From IMG/VR virus record IMGVR_UViG_3300037473_000391: 64,000 nt of DNA. One strand, 5' to 3'. A program made the translations under genes and the position numbers. Below, piece by piece: positions 7,836 through 16,583 of the stretch. The notes under the pieces were generated by a model, which was given only the letters and a program-made list of their open reading frames with translations, searched no databases and was not told the origin of the DNA. This DNA is from a virus. Each line of letters starts with the position of its first letter. Position 1 is the stretch's first letter.

Positions 7836-8201
7836 TTAGTTCGTCCCTAGCGCCTCGACGGCGGCACAGATGCGCGTCACCGTTTGGGCAGTGGACTGCA
7901 CGCGCTCCGCCGCAGCGTCGAGGTGGTTGGTCTTGAGGCACGCGCCGCGCTTGACCGCGACGAGTGAAACCTCCCCGATTGCGTCGGGCAGTAGCTTCGC
8001 CTCGGCGCATGCCGCGTCTGCTTCCGCACTGTACTTGAGGTATTCGCTCTTCGCGGCCTCGTAGTCGCCTTGCGCGGTCTTGCAGTCGGATTCGAGTGTC
8101 GCGCGCGCTGCTTCGAAGCGCTGCAGCTGCGCTGGCGTGCAGGCGAGTTGCGGGATGCACGCGGGGATGAGGAGCGCGAGCGAGATGAGTAGCTTTTTCA
8201 T
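7836..8201 (-). CDS. putative lipoprotein
   Basis: Internal ATG at 8201 gives MKKLLISLALLIPAC, a signal peptide with a lipobox-like IPAC. It abuts the stop of 8204..8539. Confidence 0.55.
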   Translation of the reverse strand: MKKLLISLALLIPACIPQLACTPAQLQRFEAARATLESDCKTAQGDYEAAKSEYLKYSAEADAACAEAKLLPDAIGEVSLVAVKRGACLKTNHLDAAAERVQSTAQTVTRICAAVEALGTN

Positions 8202-8203
8202 GG

Positions 8204-8539
8204 TCACACAACACCCAGATTCTTCGTCACGACCAGGGTGCCTTTCTCTGTTTCGATAGGATCTGGCCAACCCGCTTTGCGAATTTGCACGTTGTAGTGG
8301 TAGTTCCCATAGGTGAGCAGCGTGTCTCCAGTGTCGCTGCTCACCTCGGCGGTTCCTGGACCAGTGATCGTGATACCAGCACTGACAGCGTACTGGAGCA
8401 CGAAGTCGGCATCCGAAGCGCTCTTTTTGACCGTGAACCAGATGCTGGCACCGGTCAGATCGTAAGCCGCTCCGGACGGATCCAAGAACGTGATGGTGCG
8501 CTGAAGCCACGTGCCCTTTGGAAGAACGATGGTCGACAT
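8204..8539 (-). CDS. hypothetical protein (beta-rich, virion-associated by context)
   Basis: Track ORF with no named motif. Confidence 0.55.
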   Translation of the reverse strand: MSTIVLPKGTWLQRTITFLDPSGAAYDLTGASIWFTVKKSASDADFVLQYAVSAGITITGPGTAEVSSDTGDTLLTYGNYHYNVQIRKAGWPDPIETEKGTLVVTKNLGVV

Positions 8540-8555
8540 CGTTGCCTCCTTGGGA

Positions 8556-8957
8556 TCAGGTGCCGACAGGCAACGTCAGTGTGAACGCTGAACACGAGAC
8601 TACTGCGTTCGCTACGATCGACACGGTGTTGAGGATCGCTTCGGTGCCGGAAGTTCCGACCGAAACGTCCATGATTGCGGTCGTGCCGTTCGATTGGAAC
8701 AGGCGCCCGAAGCTCGCGGTTCCGGTGTTGTCTGCCGCCGAGTCACTCGTGATCGCATTGGCGGTCAAAACGCCCCCGGATGCCGATCCGAACGACGTCG
8801 CGTTCATGGTCAGCTCGGCCAACAGTGTGTTGCCCGAGAGCGCGGTATCCGCGTCTGTCGGACGCGTGCCCGAGTAGATGCGAAGCAAACCGCTGTTGCA
8901 TGCGGACGTGAACGTGTCTAGCGCCGCGTTACGGCGCGCTACTGATACTCTTGCCAT
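8556..8957 (-). CDS. hypothetical protein
   Basis: Track ORF in the post-fibre block. Confidence 0.55.
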   Translation of the reverse strand: MARVSVARRNAALDTFTSACNSGLLRIYSGTRPTDADTALSGNTLLAELTMNATSFGSASGGVLTANAITSDSAADNTGTASFGRLFQSNGTTAIMDVSVGTSGTEAILNTVSIVANAVVSCSAFTLTLPVGT

Positions 8958-8966
8958 GTTAACCTT

Positions 8967-10028
8967 TCAGGCTGTCACGCTGGTAATGCGTGCAAATTTT
9001 TCCGTGTAGCTCTTGATGCGCGGAGCCACGATTGAGGGGTTCGAGACGTTGACGTCTGCGTCGACAGTGAACGCGGCGAGCGAGGCGCCGATCGTGGCGC
9101 TGACGTTGGTGGCAACGAGAACGTTTGCCGATGCGACGAATCCAGCGACGTCAGCCGCTATGGTTGCCGGGATCCGCTCGGTTGCTGAGGCGCTCACCGT
9201 GAACGCAGGGAGCTGCGCAGCAACGGTGGCTGTGACGTCGCCCGTCGACATCGTCGCTGCAGCGGTGATGCCTGCTAGCGAAGCGGCGACTGTGCTTGGG
9301 ATTGTCTCGCTGATCGAAGCCGAGACGGATAGTCCAGCGAGCTGGGCCGCCACGGTAGACGGGACTCGCTCGGCCAGCGCGGCGGACGCATCGATGCCAG
9401 CGAGGCTCGCTGCGACCGCGACATTCACGCCGTTGATTGACTGCAGCGTCGCCGCGACAGTGAATCCGGCGAGGCTCGCCGCGACCGTCGACGGAATTGA
9501 CTCTGTCGCGGTGGCGCTCGCGGTTAACCCAGAGAGCGAAGCGGCGACCGCAACGGTGATACCATTCGTGACCGTGACGCTGGCGGCCGCGTCAATTCCT
9601 GCGAGTGATGCGGCAACGGTGCCGGGTATCGACTCGGTTGCCGTGGCTGCAACCGTTAGCCCGCTCAGTGAAGCCGCAACCGTGCCGGTGACAGGATTGG
9701 CGACCGTCGCGGTGGCCGCGGCATCTATCCCGGCGAGGCTTGCTGCAACGGTTGCCGGAACCGTCTCAGTGATCGTTGCGGCTGCTACGAGTCCCGAGAG
9801 CGAGGCGCTGACAGTCGAAGTAATCGACTCAGTCACGGTCGCCGATGCCGTCAGCCCCGCCAGTGAGGCAGTGACTGTTGACGGTATCGTTTCGGTTACG
9901 GTTGCGGAAACGCCGAACGTGCCGGTGGTCGCGGCAACCGTGATCGAGACCGAGCCGGGCGGAGCACCGAACAGCGCCGCGCTAAATCGCCGTGGTCGCC
10001 TCGGCTTCTTTCGCCGGAACCACGCCAT
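8967..10028 (-). CDS. tandem-repeat protein (about 13 units of 21-24 aa, core TVAASLAG)
   Basis: Basic N-terminus MAWFRRKKPRRPRR, followed by repeated xTExIPSTVAASLAG(L/I)xAxA units. Confidence 0.6.
   Translation of the reverse strand: MAWFRRKKPRRPRRFSAALFGAPPGSVSITVAATTGTFGVSATVTETIPSTVTASLAGLTASATVTESITSTVSASLSGLVAAATITETVPATVAASLAGIDAAATATVANPVTGTVAASLSGLTVAATATESIPGTVAASLAGIDAAASVTVTNGITVAVAASLSGLTASATATESIPSTVAASLAGFTVAATLQSINGVNVAVAASLAGIDASAALAERVPSTVAAQLAGLSVSASISETIPSTVAASLAGITAAATMSTGDVTATVAAQLPAFTVSASATERIPATIAADVAGFVASANVLVATNVSATIGASLAAFTVDADVNVSNPSIVAPRIKSYTEKFARITSVTA
9068..9923. repeat. approximately 63-72 bp coding tandem repeats
   Basis: The periodicity is seen in the translated protein. 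Both strands stay open across it (shadow ORF 9013..10035). Confidence 0.6.
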
Positions 10029-10031
10029 GGA

Positions 10032-10505
10032 TTAACCGATCTCTTCGATGGTCAGCGTTGCCGAAATGGTCAGAGAATCGGCGGGCGCGGCAGGCAAATG
10101 CACGACCGCGCGTTCGCTTGGAGCCAGCACGATCATCTCGTCTTCGCTTGGCTGCCAGACGTACCCGGCGCGCACGTTGAACGCGAATGCCCGGTGCACG
10201 ACTGCTGTGCCCGTGTTCGCGACAGTCGTGTTGTTGCGCTCACAGCTGCCCGCGTACGCGGCCATGCCGATCATTCGCGGGATCGCCGTTACCGAGGAGC
10301 CGCCTGAGCCGCTCGTCGTGTATCCCGTGATGATGCGCGCGTAGAGCTGCTCATCCTCAGTGTCCTTCGCGTCGGAGCTTTGCCCGATCTCCAGCGCACG
10401 TAATACCGTCACCTTGGTGGATGCGTTCGTGACTTCGAACAAGTCTTGAATGGCCGTCACGGCCACGGCCTCGATGACGACGTTGTAGATTCTGCCGTAT
10501 GCCAT
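10032..10505 (-). CDS. hypothetical protein
   Basis: Track ORF. Confidence 0.55.
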   Translation of the reverse strand: MAYGRIYNVVIEAVAVTAIQDLFEVTNASTKVTVLRALEIGQSSDAKDTEDEQLYARIITGYTTSGSGGSSVTAIPRMIGMAAYAGSCERNNTTVANTGTAVVHRAFAFNVRAGYVWQPSEDEMIVLAPSERAVVHLPAAPADSLTISATLTIEEIG

Positions 10506-10584
10506 AGTCTTCTTTTCGGAAACGCCGGCTCGAGCGAGCGCGCTTCAACGGGCGCGGGGGTGCCGCGCGATCGGTTGTTATCTT

Positions 10585-11325
10585 TCAGCGGCGATATCGC
10601 GCGTACACGGAGCGCTGTCGGCGCATCGCCGTTGCGAACTCGGACATGCCGCTAGCTGCCGCCGCACTCGCTTCGGCCATCTCATAGGCGATGCCGACGT
10701 AACCCGCATTGCCGTTGTTAACCGAGCCCGAGAAGTCCGGATCCGTGTTGGTGGCGCCGTACTCACTAAAGAACGCGCCGCCAAAGCCAGCCGTGTCAGT
10801 CAGCTTGGTGTATGCGCCGTTAGCCGTCGTGGACGAGAACGTCGTTGCCGTCATGAAGAACGCGTGGCGCTTGTTGTTGGCGCTTGAGCGGTCCGCGATC
10901 GCGATGGGTCCGTAGGTGCCGTTCGATGTCGTGTCACCCGTGTTCGCGCCGCGAACAATAGGCGTCGTCAGGTCGGCGCCCGTCCACTGCAGCACTTCGA
11001 ACTGGCAGTCGAGGCAGGTCGACGTGTCGACAGTGAGACGGATCTGGCCCGTGCCACCCGTGCCAACGACAGCCACCCAAGCCTTGGCCGCGTACGCGAA
11101 ACCGGGAGCCTGGTAGACTTGATCGATGAGCGTAAAGCTCAATCCAGATAGACCACCGAGCCCCGCGACGCTCGTTAGGCAATTCGTTCCGGTCTGCTGC
11201 CAGGTGACCGCGTCAAACGTTAGGATATCACCGGTGTTCGCCGTGATCGATGCGCTATCGTTGTTGGCGCCTGGAAAGAAGCTGCTCGCAAACAGCGTCA
11301 GGCGCGTCGGGTTCGAGAGCGCCAT
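10585..11325 (-). CDS. hypothetical protein (beta-rich, G/T/S/N-rich)
   Basis: Track ORF. Confidence 0.55.
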   Translation of the reverse strand: MALSNPTRLTLFASSFFPGANNDSASITANTGDILTFDAVTWQQTGTNCLTSVAGLGGLSGLSFTLIDQVYQAPGFAYAAKAWVAVVGTGGTGQIRLTVDTSTCLDCQFEVLQWTGADLTTPIVRGANTGDTTSNGTYGPIAIADRSSANNKRHAFFMTATTFSSTTANGAYTKLTDTAGFGGAFFSEYGATNTDPDFSGSVNNGNAGYVGIAYEMAEASAAAASGMSEFATAMRRQRSVYARYRR

Positions 11326-11595
11326 TCAGCTCTTCACGCCCGTTGGATCGAGCCCAATGTCCACAACGGTGACGCCGTCCTCGCGCGTCGACACATCGCA
11401 AGCAATGCGCACGCCTTCGAGAGCGCGCGCCCGTAGATTGGGCAACGCTTGCTGCGCCTCCGCTCGAGTCAAAACCCGAACGGCTTGGTTGCAGACGATA
11501 CGCAGGACCAAGCCTTCCCCGCCGTCGAATCGGGCTTTGATTGCCGCGAGCCTCGTTTCGGCAGCGGTGTTGCGCGCGGCAGTTCTGGTCGGCAT
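11326..11595 (-). CDS. hypothetical protein
   Basis: Track ORF that abuts the downstream gene. Confidence 0.45.
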   Translation of the reverse strand: MPTRTAARNTAAETRLAAIKARFDGGEGLVLRIVCNQAVRVLTRAEAQQALPNLRARALEGVRIACDVSTREDGVTVVDIGLDPTGVKS

Positions 11596-11670
11596 GGTAA
11601 TAAATTCGATGCGGACTTGAGCGCCCGTTCACTTGCGGGCGTGAGAAAGGATGGTCATCCTTCCCGGGCC

Positions 11671-12162
11671 ATGAGACTTGGAGCCGTCGCCGCCCTCGCG
11701 CTGGTCGCTTGCGTTCAGCAGCACCGCACCAACATCGACCCGGGGCGCATTGAAGATCGCGAGCGCTCGTTCGGGGTGTTCAACTGGGCGCCGCCTCCGA
11801 TACCCCGAAAAGCCGCTCCCGCCGATTCACCCGAGACAAACAATCCCGCGGTGTTAGCTAGTCCCGCGCCGTCCGCCTCGGTTGTTGCTGTCGCCCCCGC
11901 GCCACCCGTTTGGGACGCCGAGTCAATCGCTAGACGACGAGCGCTCGCTGCCGACTGGTCGGCACATGCAGGCGAAGGGATCACTCAGATTCAAACGTTC
12001 GGCGACGGAGACCGTGGAATCGTTGCGTTCGGAGCGGCCTGCTCGGACGCGTGGCTCGACACCAACGTTGCTCCCATTTGGGACGCGCTCAAGCAGAACG
12101 GGTTCCTGGCGGTGCACTGCCAGGGCGCGGTGCAGCGATTCAGCTGGCCGCGGGCTCACTGA
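11671..12162 (+). CDS. putative lipoprotein (opposite-strand moron)
   Basis: Internal ATG at 11671 gives MRLGAVAALALVAC with lipobox LVAC. It is preceded by a 7-codon mini-ORF (ATG 11651, after GAGAAAGG) whose TGA overlaps this ATG. Confidence 0.5.
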   Translation: MRLGAVAALALVACVQQHRTNIDPGRIEDRERSFGVFNWAPPPIPRKAAPADSPETNNPAVLASPAPSASVVAVAPAPPVWDAESIARRRALAADWSAHAGEGITQIQTFGDGDRGIVAFGAACSDAWLDTNVAPIWDALKQNGFLAVHCQGAVQRFSWPRAH

Positions 12163-12550
12163 TGGGCTCGTAGCGGACGCGCACGGTTTCGCCGTTGACG
12201 ACCTCGAATCCGACATAGCCGTTACCGTCACGAGTGATGGTGATCGCGCATTCGGCGAACCCAGGGCACTCGATCTCGTGGTGCTGGCGCAGTCGGATCG
12301 TGTCCCCCGTGTCCAGCACGTCGATGTTCCAGACGGTGTTGATGCCCGCGTTCGTGTCGACGAGCTCGAGCAACGAGCCCTGAACAATGAAACGTTCGAC
12401 GCCTTTGCTCCGCGGGCCCGACCAATGCTTGCGCCATGTCCCGGGGAACAGCCGCTCCAGTTCGGTTGGCTGTGGCTTCGACTTGGCGAGTTGGGTTTCG
12501 AGCTCCAAGATGCGCGCTTCTAGCGCGGCGAATCGATCAGGCTGCGGCAT
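12140..12550 (-). CDS. hypothetical protein
   Basis: ATG at 12550 (MPQPDRF), 14-nt overlap with the upstream gene. Confidence 0.45.
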   Translation of the reverse strand: MPQPDRFAALEARILELETQLAKSKPQPTELERLFPGTWRKHWSGPRSKGVERFIVQGSLLELVDTNAGINTVWNIDVLDTGDTIRLRQHHEIECPGFAECAITITRDGNGYVGFEVVNGETVRVRYEPISEPAAS

Positions 12551-13181
12551 GGTGGGCCCAGGGTGAGTCTTTGAGGGGAACGGCGCGGCGCTCGATGGCA
12601 TCCCAATGCGCGGAACCCGTTACGTTGGACGCGTGTCGGCGGTAGCGGTAGAGAATCTTGTCGCTCACGATGCGGTATACGTTGCGGCGAGTCCGAAGGG
12701 TCATGAGCAATCGGACGTCGTCGTCCCAGCGCTTGTTCGTTGGCCAGCCGCCAAGGGCGAGGAGGACGTCTCGGCGAACCACGAGGGTCTGGGGCCAACC
12801 GCACGGCATCCACCCCAGCGCGGGTTCACGCCCCGGCCTTTCGAGCAACACGTCCCGGATCACCGACGCGTCGGCGCCGGCGAGTATGGGTGGCACCTGC
12901 TCACTCAGGCGCTCGCGGCTGTGGCCGTCGTCGTCATCCCACACGGCCACCAGGTGCCCCGTGGCAACGACGGCGCTGAGATTGCGGCGCGCGCCTAGGT
13001 TCTCCCCAGGGACGCACCGCACCTCAACACCGGGGACGCGGAGCGGCACCGTGCCGTCGTGCACGACCACGAACTCTCGCTCAAGGTTCGGCACCCAAAA
13101 GGTCTGCGCCTGCCAATCGGCATAGGCGGCATCAAGCATGACTTGGTCTCCGCGACTCAGGCAGAGCGCCGAGATCCTCAC
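12537..13181 (-). CDS. glycosyltransferase family 2-like protein
   Basis: GTG start in a GTGA overlap with the fibre stop. Motifs RISALCLSRGDQ...QAQT, EFVVVHDG and NLGARRNLSAVVATGHLVAVWDDDD (DxD). Confidence 0.6.
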   Translation of the reverse strand: MRISALCLSRGDQVMLDAAYADWQAQTFWVPNLEREFVVVHDGTVPLRVPGVEVRCVPGENLGARRNLSAVVATGHLVAVWDDDDGHSRERLSEQVPPILAGADASVIRDVLLERPGREPALGWMPCGWPQTLVVRRDVLLALGGWPTNKRWDDDVRLLMTLRTRRNVYRIVSDKILYRYRRHASNVTGSAHWDAIERRAVPLKDSPWAHHAAA

Positions 13182-16100
13182 GGCGCGCCGCCCGTAACGC
13201 GAGCTTCGATCCAGCTCTCCCACGTGTTCGATCCGGCGCCGCCCGGGGCAATCGCCCATGCGACGTTGACGGTGTCACCCGTCTTCGATGCGTCGAGTGT
13301 CGCTTGCGTCGTTTGACCGCTGCCACTCAGCGTGCTCGACGGCGTCCAATACGCTCGCGTCGTCGAGCCCTGCTGCTTCATGTACGTCACGCCCATGCCC
13401 TTGCCCGGATAGAAGAACCAGGCCTCGGCAGCGATGTAGGGGTATGACGTCGAATCAGTCACGCAGCGAGACGTGATGATCACCTTGATGAGGAACGCGC
13501 CGTTGCTCAGGTCACGGCCCATCATGTTCGAGAAGTCGAGCGCGAGCGTACCGCTTCGCGACGTGCCCGTCCCCGAGTCCTCGACGTAGCCGACGCACTG
13601 GTCGATGAGCATGCGGCCGTCAGCGGGCCGCGCGTTGAGATACCCTGGTGACTTTCCGCCGCTGCCCGCGAATGCGTGCGCGCGCGATTGGCCGGCGCCG
13701 GCTGCTCCGGGAATCGCGCTGTTGAATTCAACGGTGCGCGTGTTGAGCAGGGCGTTGTCGCCCATCGACTGGTTGCCCTTGAACGTGTGCTTTCCGTTCG
13801 CGGTTATTACGTGGCGATCGAGGACGCGCCACCCCAGGGCAACGAAGTCGTACTCGATCCACATCTCCTCATTGAGGTACCCAAGTACGAAGTTCGTCGA
13901 CCCAGGGCAGATGATGAGGTTGTTGGCTGCCGACGATCCACCGCTGGCGGTGTAGTGCTTGATGGTGACGTAGTTGGATGACGACCGATTGCGAATTCGC
14001 TTGATCGACTCCTTGGTCGAAGTTGGCGCTTCGAAACCCCAGATGTTTACGTCAGCGCTAGGGTTCAACTCGACGTTGTTGGCGTCTTGCCAGCTTGCGC
14101 TGTTTCCGCCGTTGAAGTCGTTCTGATCGGTGGAGATTGCGATCGGACCAAAAGGCGACCGCCGGCGCTTGAGCGTTAGGGTGGTACCCGAGAGCGTTCC
14201 GTCAGTGCCGTCGTCGAAGTTTACGGTCGTTAGCCCACCAGCTCCAGGGGCACCGTCGTTCCCATCCGTCCCCTTGTCGCCCGTGCGCGAGAACGCGATC
14301 TGAATGTCACCCGCAGTCGTCGGCAGAGGCCCGTTCGAGGCGACGTGTGAGAGCGTGATGTTGCTGTAGCCAGTTGGCTGCGAAAGAGCCGTGACGCTGA
14401 ACACGACGAGCTTGCTGGGGTCGCTGTTGGACCGCAGCGTTAGGTAACCCTTGTGGGATGACGTCGAATCGTCCCATTGGGCAAACCACGCGCGCAGGTT
14501 CGCGCCGCCGACCTCGAGATCGTCGATGTAGATAGCGGTTACGCTGCTGTACGAGCTGCCGCTAACCGCTGCATTGAAGCGGAAGTTGCCGTCGCCCGGA
14601 TCCGCCGCCGCGGCAACGGTCGTCGAGAACGTATACCTGGGACCAACAACGTCAACGAGGTTTCCGTCTGCGCCCTTGTCACCCGTGCGCGAGAACTGCA
14701 GGAAGATGTCGGCCGCTGTCGTGACGAACGAGCCGCCGCTGTTGACGTGAACGACCGTGAAGTCACGATAGCCGGCCGGCGACGAAGCGGCCGTCAGCTG
14801 GAACAGCGCGAACGCCGTTGGGTCCGTGCGGCGCCGAAGCGTGATGTAGCCCTTGACCGTCGAGGTCGAGTCATCGAGCGAGTCGAGGTACGCCGTTACA
14901 TCGCGCCCGTTGGCGTCCTGCAGGTCGACGTAGAGATGCGTGATGCTCGAAACCGTCGCGCTGGAGAAACGGATCTTTCCGTTACCCGGATCCGTCGCAC
15001 TCGTGCCCGAGTTGTCGTAGGTGTAGGGAACACCAGAAGAACCGGGATCGCCGGAGCGCGTGAACGAAACGATTGTGTCGTTGGCGGTCGTCTGCAGGGC
15101 GTTGCCCGCGTTGACGAATACGACGGTCAGCTGCTGCCAACCGCCAGAACCCGCGACCTGGTTCGTGACCGTTACGACGTCGAACTCGGCCCAACGCGTG
15201 CTGTCGCTCGCACTCGCGAGGCGTAGTCGACCCTTGACCGCGCCCTGCGATGCACCTAGCGCATCTTCCCAGCTTTCGACGTTGATAGTGTTGCCGTCGA
15301 GATGATCGAGCGCGATGGCGGTGACGCTTCCGATCGTTGCGTTGTTGAGGCGGAGCTTCCCCGAAGTCGGGTCCGCCATCACCGTCGAGGAGGTGTCTAG
15401 GGTGAACGGGATGCCGTTGCTTGCGCCGCCCCCGCCACCCGAGAACGTTGAACCGACGAGCTGCCCGTTGACCGCGCGCACGAACTGGCCGTCGGTGATG
15501 CTTCCGAGCGGCATTCGCACGCCGCCCATGTGGACGGCAATGACTGCGGGGTCGGGGTAGTTTCCTTCGAGGTCTCCGCCCGCGACGCCGAAGATCGAGA
15601 CCTCATGCCAGACCGTACCGCCTGCGTTGATCCATGCGCGCCCGTCGGTCGAGAGCGCGAACTCGCCGCCCGCGCCATTCTCGACGCCATTGGGGTCGCC
15701 AACGATGCGGCGAATCCAATCGATCGTCGTGAGCCCAGTGCCTGCGCGCGCGACGATTTGGCCGTCGACCATCGCGTCGATGGTGAGACGTTCACCCGAC
15801 GCTCCCCCAGAATGCACGGCGATGACGCGCAGGTCCTCTAGCGGATCGCCACCGTCGACGGCATCACCACCAACCGGCGGGATCGTGATCGAGCCCGTGT
15901 TGATGAGATCGAGAAGGGCGTCGCGGTTGATGCTGACGACGATGTTGGTGCCGACGAGCTGGACGAGGATGAGGTCGCCCTGTGCGATGTTGCGGAACTC
16001 GAGATCGGTTCCGCTTTTCGTCTCAAAGACGCCGACGCCATCGGTCCCGACGTTCGACGCCGTGTTGGCCTCGCCGCCGGCTGATACGGAGAGCGCGGCA

Positions 16101-16582
16101 AGTAAACGCAGGTTGCGCTTGTAGTCGCCGACCGACTGCTCTTTTTGATCGACCTGATTCGTCTCTTTGAAGAGGCCGTCGTAGAGAGGTCCCGCCTTGA
16201 CGAGCACGATCGATTCGTCGCGCAGGTCGGGCGCGTCTTCATCGAGGCCGGGCCGCGATGAGCTTGGGCGCCGACCACCATCGATGATGAGCGACAGGCC
16301 CCACTTGCCCCAGATGAGCGAGTTCGACGGTATCGACCACGACGGAGGATTGGGACCCTCGTAGTAGATGGGAAGCGTGCCGGGATCTTGTGTCCAACCC
16401 GAAGGCGTCGTGAAGCCCGGCGGGTAGTCGAAGATCTCGAACCGGTAGCGCTTGGCGCCCGAGACGTTGAAGCCCGACATCAGGATGACGTCGTTCGACG
16501 CCACGGCGATGCCGCCAGAGACGGGGCCCTGTTGTTGTGCTCCAGAGTTTACGGAAACCTGGAGTTTGATGTTGGCTGTCAT
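13178..16582 (-). CDS. tail fibre / receptor-binding protein (1134 aa)
   Basis: Largest ORF, distal to the baseplate genes. It has three tandem domains of about 105 aa, each ending in a collagen-like SRTGDKGxDG or TRSGDPGSSG. Confidence 0.75.
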   Translation of the reverse strand: MTANIKLQVSVNSGAQQQGPVSGGIAVASNDVILMSGFNVSGAKRYRFEIFDYPPGFTTPSGWTQDPGTLPIYYEGPNPPSWSIPSNSLIWGKWGLSLIIDGGRRPSSSRPGLDEDAPDLRDESIVLVKAGPLYDGLFKETNQVDQKEQSVGDYKRNLRLLAALSVSAGGEANTASNVGTDGVGVFETKSGTDLEFRNIAQGDLILVQLVGTNIVVSINRDALLDLINTGSITIPPVGGDAVDGGDPLEDLRVIAVHSGGASGERLTIDAMVDGQIVARAGTGLTTIDWIRRIVGDPNGVENGAGGEFALSTDGRAWINAGGTVWHEVSIFGVAGGDLEGNYPDPAVIAVHMGGVRMPLGSITDGQFVRAVNGQLVGSTFSGGGGGASNGIPFTLDTSSTVMADPTSGKLRLNNATIGSVTAIALDHLDGNTINVESWEDALGASQGAVKGRLRLASASDSTRWAEFDVVTVTNQVAGSGGWQQLTVVFVNAGNALQTTANDTIVSFTRSGDPGSSGVPYTYDNSGTSATDPGNGKIRFSSATVSSITHLYVDLQDANGRDVTAYLDSLDDSTSTVKGYITLRRRTDPTAFALFQLTAASSPAGYRDFTVVHVNSGGSFVTTAADIFLQFSRTGDKGADGNLVDVVGPRYTFSTTVAAAADPGDGNFRFNAAVSGSSYSSVTAIYIDDLEVGGANLRAWFAQWDDSTSSHKGYLTLRSNSDPSKLVVFSVTALSQPTGYSNITLSHVASNGPLPTTAGDIQIAFSRTGDKGTDGNDGAPGAGGLTTVNFDDGTDGTLSGTTLTLKRRRSPFGPIAISTDQNDFNGGNSASWQDANNVELNPSADVNIWGFEAPTSTKESIKRIRNRSSSNYVTIKHYTASGGSSAANNLIICPGSTNFVLGYLNEEMWIEYDFVALGWRVLDRHVITANGKHTFKGNQSMGDNALLNTRTVEFNSAIPGAAGAGQSRAHAFAGSGGKSPGYLNARPADGRMLIDQCVGYVEDSGTGTSRSGTLALDFSNMMGRDLSNGAFLIKVIITSRCVTDSTSYPYIAAEAWFFYPGKGMGVTYMKQQGSTTRAYWTPSSTLSGSGQTTQATLDASKTGDTVNVAWAIAPGGAGSNTWESWIEARVTGGAP

Positions 16583-16583
16583 G

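Noticed and set aside
7658-7936. Plus-strand 92-aa ORF between the holin-like and lipoprotein genes.
   Set aside because: It is antisense to a minus-strand ORF (7648..7833) that has high GC3 and is coupled by ATGA to the downstream gene.
9013-10035. 340-aa plus-strand ORF antisense to the repeat protein.
   Set aside because: It is a shadow ORF kept open by the repetitive high-GC sequence. The minus-strand frame fits the operon and has a plausible N-terminus and stop spacing.
11449-11670. N-terminal extension of the plus-strand lipoprotein ORF (the track start is 11449).
   Set aside because: The extension runs antisense through the coding region of 11326..11595 and would bury the signal peptide. 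The internal ATG at 11671 gives a canonical lipoprotein signal.
14477-15226. Long plus-strand ORFs inside the fibre, DNA-circulation and other minus-strand genes (also 24466..25377, 51007..52125, 19125..19871, 42372..43304 and 61831..62538).
   Set aside because: They have R/A/G/V-rich off-frame composition, no coupling and no SD. They are fully contained in better-supported minus-strand genes, which is typical of high-GC shadow ORFs.
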